Origin: Candidatus Latescibacterota bacterium
GTDB lineage: Bacteria > Krumholzibacteriota > Krumholzibacteriia > WVZY01 > JAKEHA01
Assembly: GCA_963707635.1 (NCBI GenBank)
Contig: OY970173.1
Location: 384,001-448,000 of the forward strand
Direction of reading: 5' to 3'
DNA: 64,000 nucleotides
The notes beneath the pieces are model-generated. The model had not been told where the DNA came from. It was given only the letters and a program-made list of their open reading frames with translations, and did not search any database. This document shows positions 61,240-64,000 of this stretch, in pieces; within the stretch, counting starts at the first letter, position 1, and every line of letters starts with the position of its first letter. A program made the translations under genes and the position numbers.

Positions 61240-63063
61240 CTACGCCTTCTTCGCGTTGCGCGCGCGACCGCGCTTCTTGGGCGTCTCTTCGACGACCGTC
61301 AACTTCCCCCCTCGAGTGTCCCTGACGATGTAGTACTGCTGAACCACCGACAATGCGGTGTTGATGATCCAGTAGATCACCAGGCCGGATGGCATCTTGT
61401 AGAAGAGCACCGTGAACACGATCGGGAGCAGCGTCGTGTAGCCGGGCGGCATCGGCGACGTCGACCCGGTCGGCGATCCTCCCAGTTTCGACTGGGCGAA
61501 CATCGCCCCTCCCATCAGTAGCGGGAGCAGGCTGAAATCGCCGCCAATCAGCGGAAGCGTAATCGGCAGCTTGAACAACACGTCCTGCTGCGAGAGGTCG
61601 TTGATCCAGCCGACGAAGGGGGCCCCGCGCAGCGCGATGTTGAAGCTGAGCACGTTGTAGAGCGCGATGAACACGGGCATCTGCAGGAGCATCGGGAGAC
61701 ACCCGCCCAGCGGGTTCACGCCCGCTTCCTTGTACAGCTTCATCGTCTCCTCGCTGAGGCGGCGCTTGTCGCTCCCGTACTTCTCTTTCAACGCCTGCAG
61801 GCGAGGCTGCAGATCCTGCATCTCCTTCATCGATTTGAAGCTCTTGTGGGTGAGCCGGTAGAAGAGGACCTTCGCGAGCACCGAAATGAGGATGATCACC
61901 AGGCCGTAGTTCGGAATCGCCTTGTAGGTGGTCGTCATCGCCCACAGCACGGCGGTGCAGACGGGCCGAATCCACTGCCACCCGAAGGTGACGTTCTTTT
62001 CGAGCCCGATGCCGAGGCCCTTGAGCAGGTCGTAATCCAGCGGCCCCAGGTACACACGCACCGACTGGGTCACGTCGCCGCCGGCGGTCGTCAGAGGCAG
62101 GGTGATGTCCTCGGAAATGTGGTGGCCGCTCTTGATGCCGCTGATTTCGACCTCGGCGCGCGTCGGCGTGTGGGGAAACAGGGCGGCGAGAAAGTATTTG
62201 GTCTGCACGCTTCCCCAGTTGAGCGTGCCGCTGACGGTCTCGACGTGTTCGCGTCCGAACGCCGCGGGGCGCTTCTGGTGGAGCTCCTCCCCGAGCAGCA
62301 CGGAGGCGCGAAACGCCGCCTGGTCGGTCTTCAGATTCTTTTCGGTGGACGCCAGCCCGGGACCCAGGCTCCACGTGACGCCGGTCGCACCCGGGAGCAC
62401 CGCTTCCGGCGCGCGCAGGGTGGTTTCGAAATCGTAGCGGTCGCCGAAGAAACGATACGTGCGCTCGATGGTTCCGTTCGGTCCCGTCGCGCGAAACACC
62501 ACCTCGGTGGGCTGCTCGCCGGAAACGACCACCCGCGCCCCGTCGGGCAGCGCGCCCACCGCCGTGCTCGCCTCGAAGACCAGGTTGCGCAGCGACAGCG
62601 CGTCGTGCTCGCTCCGCAGCCCGGCGGCCAGCAGGCGGTCGCCCGACCAGCTGTCGCCGGCGGGCAGAAGACTGACCGGCCGGTCGTCGGTGAGGTAGCG
62701 CAGCAGCGTCGCCGACTCGATCTCCGCTCCCCGGGTGCTGAGCGTGATTTCGTAGAGCGGAGACGCAACGACGATGGTTGCCGCCGTCGCCGAATCGGCG
62801 CCTGTGAAGCGCGAGGCCGCTGCCGCCCCGAGCGTATCGTGGCGGGCGGGTGTCGTGAGCGCGGGCGGTGTGCGCGGGGCGCCGATCGTGTCGACTCGCG
62901 CGTGCGCCGTATCCTGCCGCGCCTGCGCAAGCTCGGCGGCCTCACGACGCGCGCGCTGCGCCTTCATCTTGGGACCCAGGTAGAGCGCGTCGTAACCCAG
63001 GAACAGCACCATGGATGCGACGAACGCGATCAGCGCGCGCCGTTCCATCGACATTCCCTTCAT
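61240..63063 (-). CDS. yidC: Membrane protein insertase YidC
   Basis: [39 protein letters not shown]. Confidence 0.96.
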   Translation of the reverse strand: MKGMSMERRALIAFVASMVLFLGYDALYLGPKMKAQRARREAAELAQARQDTAHARVDTIGAPRTPPALTTPARHDTLGAAAASRFTGADSATAATIVVASPLYEITLSTRGAEIESATLLRYLTDDRPVSLLPAGDSWSGDRLLAAGLRSEHDALSLRNLVFEASTAVGALPDGARVVVSGEQPTEVVFRATGPNGTIERTYRFFGDRYDFETTLRAPEAVLPGATGVTWSLGPGLASTEKNLKTDQAAFRASVLLGEELHQKRPAAFGREHVETVSGTLNWGSVQTKYFLAALFPHTPTRAEVEISGIKSGHHISEDITLPLTTAGGDVTQSVRVYLGPLDYDLLKGLGIGLEKNVTFGWQWIRPVCTAVLWAMTTTYKAIPNYGLVIILISVLAKVLFYRLTHKSFKSMKEMQDLQPRLQALKEKYGSDKRRLSEETMKLYKEAGVNPLGGCLPMLLQMPVFIALYNVLSFNIALRGAPFVGWINDLSQQDVLFKLPITLPLIGGDFSLLPLLMGGAMFAQSKLGGSPTGSTSPMPPGYTTLLPIVFTVLFYKMPSGLVIYWIINTALSVVQQYYIVRDTRGGKLTVVEETPKKRGRARNAKKA

Positions 63064-63347
63064 GCCGACTCCTTCGCAGCCGGGCGCGCGGGCGCCCGCA
63101 CGGCGCGGTCGGACGGCGGAACCGGGTCGAGGCCCCCCTCACACCACGGGTGGCAGCGTGCGAGCCGCCGAGCCGCCAGCACCAGCCCGCGGAACGGGCC
63201 GTGCGCCGCTATGGCCTCGGCCGCATACGCGGAGCACGAGGGATGAAATCGGCACGCGGGAGGGAGAACTGGAGAGACCCACCGGCGGTAGCCGGCGAGC
63301 AACAAAGAGAGCGGCGCAACGAGCGCCGCGGACAGCTTACGCGGCAT
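63060..63347 (-). CDS. yidD: Membrane protein insertion efficiency factor YidD
   Basis: [29 protein letters not shown]; alternative start 63374. Confidence 0.93.
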   Translation of the reverse strand: MPRKLSAALVAPLSLLLAGYRRWVSPVLPPACRFHPSCSAYAAEAIAAHGPFRGLVLAARRLARCHPWCEGGLDPVPPSDRAVRAPARPAAKESA

Positions 63348-63370
63348 GTGACGACCACTTCCTGTGACGA

Positions 63371-63757
63371 TCATTCGATGTCTTCCGCACCGAGGAGGCC
63401 GTGAGACACGAGTGCCCGCTCGATGTCGTCCCGAACGTCGCGCGAATTGCGATCCACGATCGACGCCTTCGCGACCAGGACGATCCATACATGGCGGTCC
63501 ATCAATCGATGGACGAACTGCCTCGCCGCCTCGCGCAGCAGCCGCTTGGCGCGGTTTCGCTGCACGGCGCCGCCCACCTTGCGACTGGCGACTACGCCCA
63601 CCCGCACGCCGTCAGGGTCGGCGGGGGACCGAACGAACACGACGGAATGCCGGGTGACGAGCTTGCGTCCGCCGTCGTAGCAATAGCGGAACTGCGCCGG
63701 GCGGGCTAGAGTTCGCAAGCGACGTCGCGGCGAGCGCGCCGACTCACGCGAGGCCAT
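63371..63757 (-). CDS. rnpA: Ribonuclease P protein component
   Basis: [25 protein letters not shown]. Confidence 0.95.
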   Translation of the reverse strand: MASRESARSPRRRLRTLARPAQFRYCYDGGRKLVTRHSVVFVRSPADPDGVRVGVVASRKVGGAVQRNRAKRLLREAARQFVHRLMDRHVWIVLVAKASIVDRNSRDVRDDIERALVSHGLLGAEDIE

Positions 63758-63785
63758 GGCGGCGCCTTCCGGTCGAATCCTCGAC

Positions 63786-63920
63786 CTACGCCGAAAGCCG
63801 CTTGCGGCCCTTTGCCCGACGTCGCTTGAGCACGAGTCTACCGCCGAGGGTGCTCATGCGCTTGCGGAAGCCGTGTTCCCGTTTGCGCTTGATGTTGCGA
63901 GGCTGGAAAGTGCGCTTCAT
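63786..63920 (-). CDS. rpmH: 50S ribosomal protein L34 (below ORF-track cutoff)
   Basis: [44 protein letters not shown]. Confidence 0.97.
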   Translation of the reverse strand: MKRTFQPRNIKRKREHGFRKRMSTLGGRLVLKRRRAKGRKRLSA

Positions 63921-64000
63921 GTTCGATGATCCTGTGTAATCGTGATGATACGAAACCGCCAGAGTTCGTTACTGGAGCAACGCCGACGTCGGCAAGCTGT

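Overview
A high-GC chromosomal segment from a diderm bacterium (LapA-, SurA- and TonB-receptor-type genes present). The right end holds the conserved origin-proximal block rpmH-rnpA-yidD-yidC-jag-[TonB receptor + lipoprotein]-mnmE-mnmG-rsmG-[2 lipoproteins, parS pair]-parA-parB-M23-bactofilin. The left part holds mfd, three PpiC-type PPIases, pdxA, ftsEX-envC, holB and two TerC genes. The middle holds a split MoxR/DUF58/vWA operon and accessory genes (heparinase II/III, M64 peptidase, Ser/Thr kinase-TPR, DEAD-box helicase, hybrid histidine kinase). No rRNA, tRNA, CRISPR array, transposase or integrase was seen. Main signals outside the ORF track: (1) six copies of a ~77-100 nt intergenic structured repeat with a conserved core and sequence-variable but base-paired closing stems, several sitting at breakpoints of normally conserved operons; (2) two likely selenoprotein genes with in-frame UGA and SECIS-like hairpins 14 nt downstream (an Rdx/SelW-type CxxU protein and a triple-YHS lipoprotein with CUxxC); (3) the C-terminal motif GGTIKVPE shared, with different codons, by the two unrelated genes flanking a TPR Ser/Thr kinase; (4) a parS pair, a DnaA-box/IHF cluster, a frameshifted envC tail and several apparent leaderless promoters. 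All calls come from manual reading; no database searches were run, and start codons are best estimates.
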